Assembly: GCF_009914755.1 (NCBI RefSeq)
Contig: NC_060941.1
DNA from: the human T2T-CHM13v2.0 reference genome, Homo sapiens
Strand: one strand, 5' to 3'
DNA length: 64,000 bases
A program made the translations under genes and the position numbers. Shown piece by piece: positions 14,009 to 31,464 of the stretch. Within the stretch, counting starts at the first letter, position 1, and every line of letters begins with the position of its first letter. Below the pieces are notes generated by a model. It was not told the DNA's origin and searched no databases. It saw only the letters and a program-made list of their open reading frames with translations.

Positions 14009-16226
14009 AGAAATCATATTTCTGAATCCCAAATCAGAGTACATGGCATAACCAAAATATTTATTCTTTTACTTTATTTTCTTTTTTCTCCAGAATTTAA
14101 GAAAATCTGAAATGAAAATCTGAAATGTAGTTTGGTCAAAGGTTGGACTTTTGGGAGCATTTTGATGGCTAGTGGTGACACTTCTCATGGCTAGAGAGGG
14201 CCACGGGTGTTCTAGAAGGTGAGGCATGGGTTAAACCACTTTGAATCACACATGGAGAAAGCTCATTTATTCACACCCCCTGTTCCATTCTCCTTCACTC
14301 CTTCTGAGTATCCTCAAAGAAAAAGTCTGGTTGGTCCTAATACGACTTCAGCACCTCTCTAACACTTGCTAAGATCCTTTTCTAATAAAGAGAGAAGGTC
14401 ACACATTCAGAGCCTTTGCAGGGCCATAGTGTCTGGTTAGAATGAAACCTCATTGTTGAAAATGAGTAAATCTAAAATCTTCTTTTCAGTTGACGTTATT
14501 AAGAACAATGCAAATCAATGTAAAGAAAAGTGTTCAAAAAATAGCAGAACAGGTATGCATGCAGCTATAGAGTGGGGGTAGCATGGAAATGCCTGGAGTC
14601 TGGAAAACACCGGAACATGGGACAACAGAGCTGAGGGCTTGCAGTCAGGGTGCGCTGTAAGTGCCTGACCATACAGTCTGTGTGGTCAGGGCATCTTGGT
14701 TGGCCAGAGACCCTGTGGGTGAGCGAGGCTAGAGCTGGCAGAACCCCAGAATTGCACCCGGAAGCCACCTGGCTATGAGCTGAGATTACCCCCAGCATCT
14801 GCTCTGCCTCAAGGTACCAGATAGGTGATCTGGGGTGGCCCATCCAGCCTTAAGAGTGGGTTGGATGACAGAGGAGGCCAGCACTAGGCCCCTGTGACTC
14901 GGATACTCACGTTGGAGGGAGAGGTGGAGGACGAAGCGTAACTGTCTTCCAGTTGTCCAGAAAGGCTGGGCAAGGTCCTGGGTCACCTTCTCTGTTCTAG
15001 GCCCATCAGAGGCTTTCTTCAGGGTCTAGGAGAAGAGGGGGAGGGCCCCAGAGTGGCGGGGTCAAGTTCAGACACCCCTGAGCACTGCTCTGGAGGCAGG
15101 CAGGTCAGGCCCAAAAGGTGCGTGGGCCTCAGGGAGCCACTTGTTCCCCTCCGGGTCCCCTCCAGTGAAGAGCCACAGAGGAGGGGACTGGGAAACCAGG
15201 GTTCCAGCTTCAGCTTTCTCCTGACTGGCTGTGTGTCCCCGGACAAGGCACTCACCCCCTCTGGGTCTCAGTGTCCCTGCAGGTTGAAACTGCCAAATGA
15301 AGAGTTCTTTGGGTCCTGTATGCATTGAGTGAATGCTCTGCTTCCCCGTGATCCCTGAGGCCAACACCCTTTGTGTTCCTGTGCCCTTTCAGGGCAGACC
15401 AGGACACTGTGCCAGAGCTGGCTGCAGGCCTCTGGCTAGAGCTACCCCAGCCTTCAGCAGAGGCTTGTCCTCCTAGGTGAAGGGTTGTCCATGCCCAGCC
15501 TCGTGAGGCCCGCGTGGTTTTGGGCAGTGCCCAGTGGCACTATTGGCAGGCTCCAGGCACTAAAGGAAGAGACCGAGACCCTGAAAGGTGGGGGAGGAAG
15601 ACAGAGAAGGAAGAGGTGCCTGCAGAGGGGGTGCTGGTGGCTGCCCCTCACAAACGTGCCAAAGGTTGCCAACTTGAGTTTAAGCCTTGGTTCCAGAACA
15701 CAAAGCCTCCTCTCTGGGGGCCTTGACCCCTCGGAGCCCCCACCCCGGGCCGGCTGAGCTGCCCGGAGGGAACTAGCCCCAGAAGGGCCTGGTTGTTGGC
15801 TGCGAAGTGGCTGGGAGGGAAGTTTTAATGATACACAACACAAGACACAGGGGGGAAAAGAGAGAGGGGGGTGGTGGAGGAGAGAAGGGAGGTTGGGGGG
15901 AGAAAGAAAGACCTCCTGCCAGGCCTGTTGCCAGGAAACGGCCAGGCAGCCAGAATCAGCCCTGCTCTTTTCACAGTTGGCTTTAAGCACCGAGAGAAAG
16001 CCCGGGCCATAAAGGGGGACATGTGTTGCTGGGTGTGTAAGGCTAGCCTCTGCAGTTAGGGGAGCCCCTGCCCCCGCCCCTGCCGCTGCACCGAGAGCCC
16101 CTTGAGCCCCCAGCCCTGCCTCCACGCCTGGGGATTATGGATGAACGATTGAGCTGCCGAGCAATGGAAAAGGCAGGGGTGGCCCTGGCCTTCCAATGTC
16201 GCAGCCACTTTGGGGGTGAAACTCAC

Positions 16227-16620
16227 CAGTTGGGTCCCCAGGAAGCTGGCAGGGGCTGGCAGGGCAGGGAGATCTGGGATTCCAACATGGCACGTCCACA
16301 GAAAAGTATTCCTATTGGCTCTGCGTGGTCCATCCAGGTTAGGGGGGTGAGGTGTCTGGACTTCTAGGAATCCTCAACAGGGCACTCAGAAGGGAGCTGA
16401 CAAGTCCCAGAAACCTGCATTCTGGCTCCTGGTTCTTGTCACGGATGCCATGGTGGGAACAGGCCCCTTTAGGCTGTGCCTTGGCACTTGGGGACTGTCC
16501 CTGCAGCGCAGTGACTGCTGTGTCCCTGAAGAGTCCACCACACAGCCAGGAAAGAGCAAAAAGAGGGGGAGGGTTGTTGACAAAACGAGCTCATGGCCCT
16601 GGCTGCCAATCCAGAGTGAT
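16227..16620 (-). other. Candidate alternative upstream first exon of WNT3
   Basis: Donor CTG|GTGAGT at 16226-16221 on the minus strand; in-frame ATGs at 16333 and 16288 give phase 2, like WNT3 exon 1; 5' end is a guess. Confidence 0.4.
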
Positions 16621-16720
16621 GTCAGCTGAGGAGTGACATGGTGCTCTCAGCACAGAGGACGTCAGCAAACCGGGAAGCAGCATGTGCGTGGAAGCTGGGC
16701 CTGAGCCCTGACGCTTCAGC
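16600..16720. promoter_or_regulatory. Candidate bidirectional CRE/CCAAT promoter core
   Basis: CCAAT 16606-16610, TGATGTCA 16617-16624, GGACGTCA 16657-16664, CGGGAAG 16671-16677, TGACG 16709-16713. Confidence 0.45.
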
Positions 16721-16808
16721 TGAGCTCCCTGGGTGATGGCTCCTTCCACAAGTTCTAACGTCCCACTGAAAGCAAGCTGCAATTTCTGTTGCTTCTTGTA
16801 TCAATTGC

Positions 16809-16903
16809 ATGAAAGGACGGGCAGTTTCTTTTGATCCTCTGGCATGCCAAGGCCTGAATGCCAGTCCTGGGAGCCTTACCAGCCCTCTAAGAAGAATCAG
16901 AAG
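16809..16903 (+). CDS. WNT9B: Candidate alternative coding first exon of WNT9B (MKGRAVSFDPLACQGLNASPGSLTSPLRRIR-S), no signal peptide
   Basis: ATG 16809; 95 nt open = 31 codons + 2 (same phase as canonical exon 1); donor AAG|GTGAGT at 16904; joins exon 2 as ...RIRS-LTGREVL. Confidence 0.55.
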
Positions 16904-17384
16904 GTGAGTGTTAGGGAGGAAGGGACAGCCAACCCACCCCGACTCCCCATCTGGTCACCTCACTGCCTGACTTCTCTCTGAGCTTTCCGAGACACTGCTG
17001 GAGGCCGACCTGAGCTCAAACTCAAACCCCAGTCTCCTGCTCAGTGTGGTGGGCAGCCCTGCTTCCCTGGCTCATGGAGTGAGTGAGGGTGTGTGTGAGT
17101 CAGTTCTAACAAAATCAAGAAATCACTGTATCTTCCAAGAAAGCTTTGACTCAGTGCATGTGTGCACTGAGCTGTTTCCCACGTGAGTGAGCGTCCTGGA
17201 AAACAGGCCTGCCCGGGGAAGAAGTGAGCCAGTCTGCCTGCTAGAAACTGCTGGGGGCTCCTGATCGGGAGGCTTGCTTTTCCTTCAACTTCCTTCGCCT
17301 CTTTTTCTGGCTGGAGTGTGTGGTTCTGCTAGTTCTGGAGTCTTTCCTGTCCCCATTCTGGACCATGTCCCATCCCAGGTATCA

Positions 17385-17672
17385 AGAATGGCTCATACCT
17401 GTAATCCCAGCATCTTGGGAGTCTGAGGCAGGAGGATCACTTGAGGCCAAGAGTTTGAGACCAACCTGGGCAACATAGTGAGACCCTGTCTCTGCAAAAA
17501 TTTAAAACTAAGTCAGGTGTGGTGGCATGTGTTTGCAGTCTCAGCTACTCGGGAGGCTGAGGGGAGAGGATTGCTTGAGCCCAGGCATTTGAGGTTGCAG
17601 TGAGCTAGGATGGCACCACTACACTCCAGCCTGGTCGATGGAGTGAGACCCTGTTTCAAAAAATAAAAAAAG
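17385..17672 (+). mobile_element. Alu (J-type)
   Basis: TGGCTCATACCTGTAATCCCAGC..GGGCAACATAGTGAGACCCTGTCTC. Confidence 0.85.
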
Positions 17673-18434
17673 AAAATGTCTTACTTCCAGAGGGGCTGAA
17701 TCTCCATGAGGTGGTAACCAAAACGACGGATTTGCCAACTCTCAGGGGGAAGTGGTGTCCTGGGCAGTGGCTGGAGAAGCAGGTGGTGCCTGGGTCTGAT
17801 CGCAGGAGGGAGGCCTTCTGGGTTCTGCCTCTGGGAGAGGGCAGGCTGCTGGGGAGGGCGCGCATTAGGAGATGGAGAGTTAGGCCACCAAGGAGCCCAC
17901 TAGGGCACCTGGCAAGTTCTGCTAGGCCTGCCGAGGCATGGCTGGGCTTTACAACAGGGGGTACGGAGCTCCTTGAGTGGAAAGCTCCTCTCGCTGGCTT
18001 GCCCCTGATTTCATCTCAAGAACGGTCAACTCTAGCAAGCAAATATACCTCCTGGGCTGTAGGTAGGGGCTCAGCCCTGTCCCTGAGGCTGGGCACAGGC
18101 TTGGTCCTTCTCGCCTGCCTCCTCCCCTTCCCTGTCCTCTGTCACACCCCTCCCCCATGCAGAGGAGCCAGTTTTAACCTGGAAGGTTCCCTCTGCCCTC
18201 TCACAACTCAGCACCCCTGTTATTCCTTCAGAACCCCTGGCCAGCTCCTCAAGGGCTTCCCCCACGCTAATATACTCTTAGAGTCTGTGGCTTCTGTTTC
18301 TCTAGCTTGTTCAGGGAAGAGTCTCTGGAGGCCCACCTTACCCCCAGAAGCATTCCAAAAAATGGCCATTGAGCTCACCTGTCAGTGTTCCTCCCCCAGG
18401 CAGCATCAAACTCCCTAGATTGGCCCTCAGTCTC

Positions 18435-18974
<540 letters not shown>

Positions 18975-19508
18975 AGTCTCCCTTATTCTTAATGAGGTGA
19001 CCATGAGTTAATCTCTTAGGTCCACCCTCACCTCCTCCAGGAAGCCTCCCTGACTTACCCCTCCTCCTTTGTGCCTTCTAGCTTCTCATCAGTGTAGTCA
19101 TTCCTGACCTACAGTGGCCCTCAGCAGTTGCCAAGATTTGTCCCCAAAGCTCAGGGCTGGTGGTCAGGTGGGTTAGGGATGAGTTGTTAAGGGTTGGGAG
19201 AATACATCTCCTAATGCAATGAGGAACAGATCCAGCTGGGTTGGAGGGAAGGGAGGAGGGCCTGCGCCCCCTCAGCCCCCTTCACTCCCCACCTCTGCAC
19301 CCCTGCCTAGCTTCTTAACCAGGAAGTTGAGCTACCTTCACTAAAGAAGAGTGGAGACAGGAGACCCGGCCCTTCTCTCTGGGACAGGACTCTCCTGGTG
19401 GGGCTCCTCAGAGGTGAGATCCTGCCTCTGGGCCCCTGGGAGACCCTGGACCTTAAAGTTATTGTGCCCACACATTCTGGATGGGGCCTGCGAGGATGGT
19501 CAGGGTCA

Positions 19509-19527
19509 TAGTGCCACCTGCTGGGGC
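19509..19527 (-). promoter_or_regulatory. CTCF core motif pointing toward WNT3
   Basis: Minus strand GCCCCAGCAGGTGGCACTA matches the CTCF consensus. Confidence 0.7.
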
Positions 19528-19554
19528 TCCCAGGAACAGCAGCTGGAGAGACGC

Positions 19555-19558
<4 letters not shown>

Positions 19559-19598
<40 letters not shown>
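19559..19598. repeat. (GT)~20 microsatellite
   Basis: Pure GT dinucleotide run. Confidence 0.95.
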
Positions 19599-19599
<1 letters not shown>

Positions 19600-20396
19600 T
19601 CGGTTGTGGTGGTGGCGGGGCAATTAATAACACCTCACCACAGATCTTAAAATTCGCCTGATATTGAACCCTTACCCCCTTTCCAAGGAAGCAGCCAAAA
19701 GAGTGCGGAGGAAGTGATATTGGAATTCAACTGGGGCTCCCAGGGAAATCCAGGGCTGCAGGGACATAATTGCATTCCTTGGAACTGCTGTTTTTTGAAC
19801 TTCATTCATGAAGCCTGGTTTCTAGGGATGCTTTCTCTTTTCATGGACCCAGAAGGAAAGTGGAGATGGTTCTTCATGCTTCTATGTGAAATGGGGTTTC
19901 AAGGGCAAAAAACAAGTAAGCACTTTGAATATCTTTGTGTTTTTTTACACTGATAAGAGGAAGAAAAGTATGTCACATTGTAAATGTCGATGATTAGAAA
20001 CAGTCCAAGGTGATCATTGTAATGTCAATTTCTGAAGCAGTTGGGAGAAATAAGTAGGATAATGAAATGAATCAGCACAGTGCCTCTCACTTGCTAAATA
20101 TGCCGCATGTTGGGAAATTCATTGATAAAATGAAACCCACTGTGGAGAAAGTGACTGGCCTTCCTGGCAAGCCAGGCTGGAGGTGAGCAGGGTTGGCCAG
20201 GGTCATGGGGTGATGTCTTGGTTGGAAGCCACCAGGTGACCTGTGTCCTGTTGACACACAAGTATGCTGCTTAGTAACTCCCTGGAATTATTTTTAAAAA
20301 GCTAGATGTGTGAATAAAGAATTTGGGGGATTACAATTTTGGTTTGTAAATGAACCCTTTGCTTTAGGAAGAACTCAGCATAGGACCCTTGCAAGT

Positions 20397-20702
<306 letters not shown>

Positions 20703-21806
20703 TGAACCTTGCAAGTATTTCACATGATATTTGTTTTGCCCCCTTCATCCCTTTACTTATGTAACCAAACTCCACCTGCAGTGACAAGGCTGGCCTGATA
20801 ACCTACTCATGGAGCCAAATGCAGATGCTTCTTAGGCAGAATTTGGAGTATAAATGGGAGAATATTTGGGGGACTGGAGGGTGGGACTGATGTTGGGGAA
20901 TCAGCAAGCACCAGGCCACCATCTTGCTGTATGACATTTGTTTCCCCATCGAATCCTCACTAGAACCCCATGCAAGAGCTGCCGCTGCCACCCTCGTTTT
21001 ACAAATAAGGGACTTGTGGCCCAGGGAGGCTGTGTGACCTGTCCGAGGTCATAGTCCTAATAAACGCTAGAGGTGGGATGTGAACCCAGAGAGTCTGGGG
21101 TGACTCCAAAGGACTGAGGCTGGGAACACAGGAAGGTGGTGATGCCCCTGCTGGGAATGTGCCTGGGGGAAGGTTTGGAGGGATGGCTCATGGTCAGTGG
21201 GATTTAGTTTCCCACTCACCAGGCAGAGGACTGACCTGGTATATGCCTTCAGGGCTGATATGCACAATTGTGCATGTTGTGCACTGCAAAAGGTTACACC
21301 ACATATGAGGACACTGTGCACATCACGGCCATATTTGCAGTGATTGTTTTCTGACAGTTGGGAAAAAAGTGCCTGGAGGAGGAGGGACCTCTTTCTAAAT
21401 CACTCAGAGGGGCTTCATGGGTGGGTGGCGTTTTCCACGTGTACATCACCGTCTTTCTCCACCCAAGGGAGTGAGCAGGTACTGGGACAACTTTAGGCCA
21501 TTGCTCCAACCCCTGTGTTGAGGGGGTGGAGGAACCTTTTGCATTTTCTGCCCCCTCTTCACTTCTCCCAGAAGTCATGGGAGGGGCAACAGACAGCAAA
21601 AGCCTTCTCTGTGTCACTGGCCCTACTGTTTTCTCTCTGAGACATCTGGCTGAAAATTCAGGCTCTTGCCATCCCTGTGGAAACAGGATCACATAATTGG
21701 TGGTAAGGTGGGGAGGGAAGGAAGGAGAAGTGAGGAACAGCCGAGTGGGTCAGTGGATCAGAAGAGATAGAACGGGGCCTGCCTTAAAAAAAAAAAAAAA
21801 AATCAC

Positions 21807-22652
<846 letters not shown>

Positions 22653-22984
22653 TAAGTGAATTTCCAAGAGTTTCAAAGATGATTGTTATGTTTATGGAAT
22701 GCTTATTCTATTAGCTCTGAACTCATGCTAATATGTTTGTGGCCATGCGACCCAGCATACACTCTGTCCTTGTGGCCACTGCCAATGGGACCAGCTGTGG
22801 GTACCTGACCCTTGGCACTCTTAGCCCCTGGCGGGTCCAGGCAGCACTGGCGTGGTGTCCACTTTTTTCTCAGACACTTGCATCAGGTTGTATGGTAGCT
22901 GCCACTGGGCCCCAAAGCTGTATGGCTGTGGCACAACGCAGGCGTCAAGGCAGCCATGACTGCCATGCACAGGCTGTAAATTCT

Positions 22985-24367
<1,383 letters not shown>

Positions 24368-24949
24368 CAGGCTGTAAATTCTAAGCAGCAGGAAGTAGGT
24401 GTGAGTAGAAGTGGAGGCAGAAAGCAGCCGGTTCTGTTTCCAACTGCATTCTCCTTTCCTGTGCCCCTGTGTCATCACCATGGAACGCCTTTCCCGATGC
24501 TACTTCCAACAGGAGGCAGAGGGTGGGAGAATTCAGGTTGGAAGGCTTATCCCTAGGAAAGAGGGTGCCGACAGACAAGGCTCCTTGGAAGCCTGACAAA
24601 TCAAATTTACCATTTATTGAGCACCTACTATGTGACAGGAACATGACACGCATGATTTCATTTAATCTTCACAACCAGCCCAAAGAGCAGCTTTCTCCCT
24701 ATTTACAGTCGGAGAAACGGAGGCTCTGAGAGATTGTAAGGGACTTGCCCACGGTCACCCAGCTAGGAAGGAAAGCCAGAAGGCCAGCCTAGGTATCCTG
24801 GCGGTCCTGGATCAGAGACACTGCTGTGAGGCTTCCCGGTGGGAAGAAGGAAAGTCATGCATCGATATTCATCACCGAGTGAGAGTGAGAGTTCAGCCCT
24901 GTCCCAGGCACCTCTGGGCGGGAGGGTGGAGAATCCGAAAGAAAGAGGC

Positions 24950-25550
24950 CCGTCCCTGGTCCTCAAGGTCGTGCCAACAGGCCAACTAAGCCATGTCCCA
25001 AATTGAGAGCGGGTTAAGGTGGGGGCGTGGGGACGCCCTGACGCAACAGGGCTTCGGAGAAGGGAGCGCTGGGGGCTGCAATGCCAGAGGATTCCTTGAG
25101 GAGAAGGGGCTGGTGGGGCGGGTAGGGGCTGGCCGGGAGCAGGACCGGGAGGAACTGGACCCTCTGGACTGGGGAGTGCGGGGTAGATGAAGGCAGAGGA
25201 GATGGAGGTTCTGCAGTGTGAGGCAGGCGGACAGGGAAGCCTGCATCCAGCTGAGAGACCTTGAGCAACCACGTCCTCCTCTGAGCTCCGCGTTTGCCGT
25301 GTGCAAAGTGAAGGGGTAGGCCGACCCCGCAGGGCCCTTCTTGCGCTCCTCTGCGGTGTGTGGGGGGGTCTCTGGTCCGCGAGAGGACAGTCCCTGCCGC
25401 GCCGAGCGTCCTCCAGCGTCCGCGGCCGCCGCGAGCAGCGCTGACCGGCAGGGGGCGCTCCTGCAGAAGGCTGGCCGCGGTGGCGCCCTCGGCGGGGCCT
25501 GGGCTGGCCTGGGGACCCGGGAGGCCTCCCCCTCCATCCCTCCAGGTCCT
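24950..25550. promoter_or_regulatory. Orphan intergenic CpG island
   Basis: CpG-dense (GCGGCCGCCGCGAG etc.), contains a CTCF motif and TGACGCAA at 25039-25046. Confidence 0.7.
25442..25460 (+). promoter_or_regulatory. CTCF core motif pointing toward WNT9B
   Basis: TGACCGGCAGGGGGCGCTC vs consensus TGGCCACCAGGGGGCGCTA. Confidence 0.75.
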
Positions 25551-25708
25551 CTCCCACCACTTGCCTTCTCACACCGCCCCTTCCCACTCTATGCTCTGGG
25601 ATTAAAGGCTTGGGAAGTTGCTGGTATTTAGGTCCTTGGGCAGGCCACTTCGCCTCTCTGTGCCTCAGTTTCTTCAGGCGCAAACTGGGTTGTGTGAGGA
25701 AGAGATGA

Positions 25709-26132
<424 letters not shown>

Positions 26133-27414
26133 GCTTTAAACTTTTATTCAAAGTCCTTTTGTGCAAAGATAGAAATAATTCCTGGATCCTACAGAGTGCC
26201 TGGCATGATGAGTGATGCTCAAAACGTAGCTGTGGAATGATTAGTTTTTTGAAACCATCCAGACAGAAGCTATGAGAAAATCAGACAGTGCACCTCTTCT
26301 GAATCACACTGGAAGATGTCCACATTCATCTTCACATTTCTCACCACTGTTCTGTGAGGAAGGTGGACAGGGAGTGTTGTATCCATTTTATGGATGAAGA
26401 AACCGAGGTCGCAGAGGAAGCCAGAGACAAGATTTTAAGTTAGGACCCAGGGTTCTCTCCATGCAACCTCAGGTAAATTATCCTGTTGTTGCTAGTGACT
26501 CCTATTGGAGACATGTGGTATTGCAACCAGGCCACATTAGACACTGAAGGCACCTCATGAGGAAGAAGGTGGGCACATCCTGGGTGCCAAGCCCAGAGAG
26601 GGAGAAACTAGGGTAGATATTAATATCGGAGCTGGGGGAATGAAAATGATATTTCAGAATCAACAACAGATTGGAAAGGCTTAACTAGTTTAAAACACAT
26701 TCCCTATTCTTAAGTCCCCAACACTTTTTCAACCTCCTCTCACTCCAAAGTAGAACTTAATGTAGCAAAGGTATGCTTTGTAGGGTGAACCCTTATAATT
26801 ATAATGACAACCAGTGGGAAAACTTGGTTTCCTTTCAAACGTTTGTGTGACTAATTAGGAGGGACTATTCCATTCGTTAAAGTGAAGAAAGAAGGACTGA
26901 AAAAAAAAATCACTCTGCAAAATCCAGCTCAAACATTGCTGCATCTCAGTTGCCATTGTCTTAGCTACCTCTTCCCTGGAACAATGAATTGATTGTCTTC
27001 TTTCCTGGGTTCCTGCCTCATTTGGTACTTTCTTCTCTTTACTGCTGCACAGTCGTTAAATATGTGTCTTTGGTGCCAGCTCCCTGGGTTCTAATCCCGG
27101 TTCTAAGCTTACTAGCTGGCCAGTTACTTGACTTCTCTGTGCCCATTTCCTCATTTGTAAAATGCTGTGAGCATTAAATGGGTTAACAGTTTTATAGGAC
27201 TTAGAACAATACCTGGTGTAATGTAAGTGCTCAATAACTAGTTTACACTTATATAGATATGTCAGAATGCTCTCTGTATTTATTTATGTGTCTTTCCCAA
27301 CAAACTGTGTGCTCCTCAAGGACAAGAACTGACTTCATCATCTCCTATTCCAGGGTTTAGCACCAGATGCTTATTCAAAGTATGTTAAACTGAATATTAT
27401 GTATTCATACTTTA

Positions 27415-27718
27415 TTATTATTTTTTCTAAGACAAGGTTCTTGCTCTGTTGCAGTTCTTGCTCTGGAGTGCAGTGGTGGCATCATGGCTCATTGCAGTTG
27501 CAACTTCCCATGCTCAAGAAATCCTCCCATCTCAGCCTCCAGGGTAGCTGGGACTACAGGCATGTGCCACAATGCCTGGCTAATTTTTTTTTTCTTTTTT
27601 GTATTAGCAGGGTCTCACTGTGTTGCTGAGGCTGGTCTTGAACTCCTGGCCTCAAGCAATCCTCCTGCCTCAGTCTCCCAGAATGCTAGGATTATAGGCA
27701 TGAGCCACTGTATCCAGC
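27415..27718 (-). mobile_element. Alu (J-type)
   Basis: Diverged reverse Alu. Confidence 0.85.
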
Positions 27719-28244
27719 CTATACTTTATATAAAGTAGAAAATATGCAGTGAGGTGGAGTTAGCCACCTTTTTTTTTTTTTTTTTTTTGATAAGTTAAGC
27801 CTCAGCTTACTGCTTCCCAGAGATAAACCAAGGTTCGAGTCTCTCCTTTGTTTAAAGAAAAACATCTGGCTGGGCCACTGCAGTCCTACCATGAGTTCAG
27901 GAAAACGTGCTATGGTCCAACTGTCTACCAGTCAGGACACAGTTAATGAGCACTTCCTGTAAACTTATTTGTACCTGCAGTTCTGATAATATGACCTGGA
28001 GGAAATGGTGTGGTGGTGGCCGATTTCTAAAACTAACTGCAAAGGATTGCATTCCTCTAGGCACCTATGAACTTCAAGATGGGACCCCTTTCCTCTCGTC
28101 CTTCTTTTTAGAGAGTTTAGAGAGCAAGAACTTACTCAGATGAAAACAAACTAAAAGATGTTGAGAATGCCTCTGTGCAGACCCAAATCTATAGGATGTT
28201 ATTTATAGTAAATTATGGCATATTTTTAAACTTCTAGTCCCTAA

Positions 28245-29686
<1,442 letters not shown>

Positions 29687-31428
29687 TGAACATTATAAAA
29701 TCAGAGGCAGGGTTTGTAGCCATCAATAAGTCAGGTCTGACCTTCCACAGTCCAATGTTTATTCATTCAGTTATTCATTCATTAATTCAGTTATTTAACA
29801 ATGTTTTTACTGTGGGCTGAAACTCAGTACCACTATGGGAGGAAGTGTGGGATAGAAAAGAAACAGGGGACAGGGTCTCAGATCTTGAGGTGTCTGCAGT
29901 CTACACATAGCAGGGATGCCTAATCTCCCAAACTCAAGGACAGTGTATATCAACATAGGCACTGGCACAAAGTACAGTTGTGCCAATAAAGGTTGTAGAA
30001 CCAATGTGGTGAGTGAGCAGAGGCAGGAATTGTCAGTCAAGGTGGGGTTCCAGCTGCCCTTGGCCACAGAAGCATGGCTGGGTGGGGGGCCACCAAAGGG
30101 CTGCTTCTCTGCATTCAGCCTGCCTTGGCTGAACTCAAAGATGCTGCTGGATAAAGGGCTGGAGAATGGCCTTGAATAGGCAAGGGGCAAGAGAAGGTGG
30201 GTCCCACACCGTCCTCACAACACAATTCAAAGAGTTCTGTGAGGAAGAAGAGGGAGGGAGGGAGGAACAGAAGTGAGAAGGCCTCGAACTGGAAGTGCCA
30301 TGGGGAGTGGTGAGCTCTGCCAGCTCTGGAGTGAGCTTCCCAAGATAGGACAGGGGCCCTTCCCGCAGAAGGACAGATGAGTGAAGGTCACAGAGGACTC
30401 CAGTCCAGAAATACTGCCCTGCCCCTCCCAAATACCTTTCCTGCAAATGCTTAAAGTTCCACCATTGGAGATGTATTGTTATGTATTTTTCTCCTCCCCA
30501 CTTTCAGTAATTTTTTTCATTATAAATGTCAAACATTCTTGTCATAGAAAACTAGGAAAATGCAAGGAAGATAAAAACATTTCTTACCCCACACTCCCAA
30601 CCTCCAAGGCAGCCCCTATTAACATTTTGGTGTCCTTCTCTGCCCCCTTTTTTGTCATTTTCAGGCATGGCTGTGAGTTCCCTGGAGGGGATTCTGAAGC
30701 CCACTTTCCCCACTTAGCTTCAGTCCTATTTCAGTCTGGTGTTCCAGAAAAATCAAGTCTTCCATCCCCGAGAGCCAGTGAGTTCTATGACCTTGAGGAA
30801 GTCATTCATCTTTCTGGACTTTAGTGCCCTCATCTGTATAATGGGGACAATCATGGCCCACATGCTACCTCACAGTGCTCCAGAGTCAATGCTAGTGCAA
30901 TGTTGCAAGGGCATTGCCAATACAGTTCAAGTATGTGGGGCTAGGACTGATGGGAGTGGTCAGGACTCAGCCAGTCATCATAAGGCTATGACAAGAAGGC
31001 CAGGTCACCTGGAGGATGGGGAAGGACAGGGAGAGGGACAGGTGAGCCCACACCCACACCAGTCCTGTCCAGGCTCCCCAGGACCAGCCCTCCTGGGCAG
31101 CTGTGTGTCAGGTCAGCATGGGCACCTTCCCTCGGAGCTGCTGGGGCATCATCTGTTCCACTTCCTGTTGGGTCCAGAGTTCATTTCCAGTGCAGTTTGA
31201 GGGAGATTAGAGGAGAGAGCCAGCCTGGGAAGCCGCATTTCCACTTGGGAGGCACAGGAGATATGGAGCCAACCAAAGGCGGATGGTTCCTGAGGGTTTG
31301 TTTCAGGCAGGGTGGGCTGGCCTGGGGGCAGGTGCCGGGAAGAGGAAGGAGAGGTCTGCAGACATCCTGGAGCTAGATTTGATGTGGCCATAGCAAAGCT
31401 TTCAGCCTCATCATGTTTGTGATTTCCA

Positions 31429-31430
<2 letters not shown>

Positions 31431-31462
<32 letters not shown>
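31431..31462. repeat. (GT)~16 microsatellite
   Basis: GT run. Confidence 0.95.

Positions 31463-31464
<2 letters not shown>

Noticed and set aside
17711-18418. 235-aa ORF (and 223-aa minus ORF at 15454-16125) near the candidate middle promoter
   Set aside because: No recognisable homology or domain; cannot be supported as coding from sequence alone
24763-25683. 306-aa minus-strand ORF
   Set aside because: Pro/Arg/Gly-rich, no domain, begins in MIR-like sequence; expected stop-codon scarcity in a CpG island
27769-27788. Isolated poly-T run as a possible truncated retro-insertion
   Set aside because: No element body and no convincing target-site duplication
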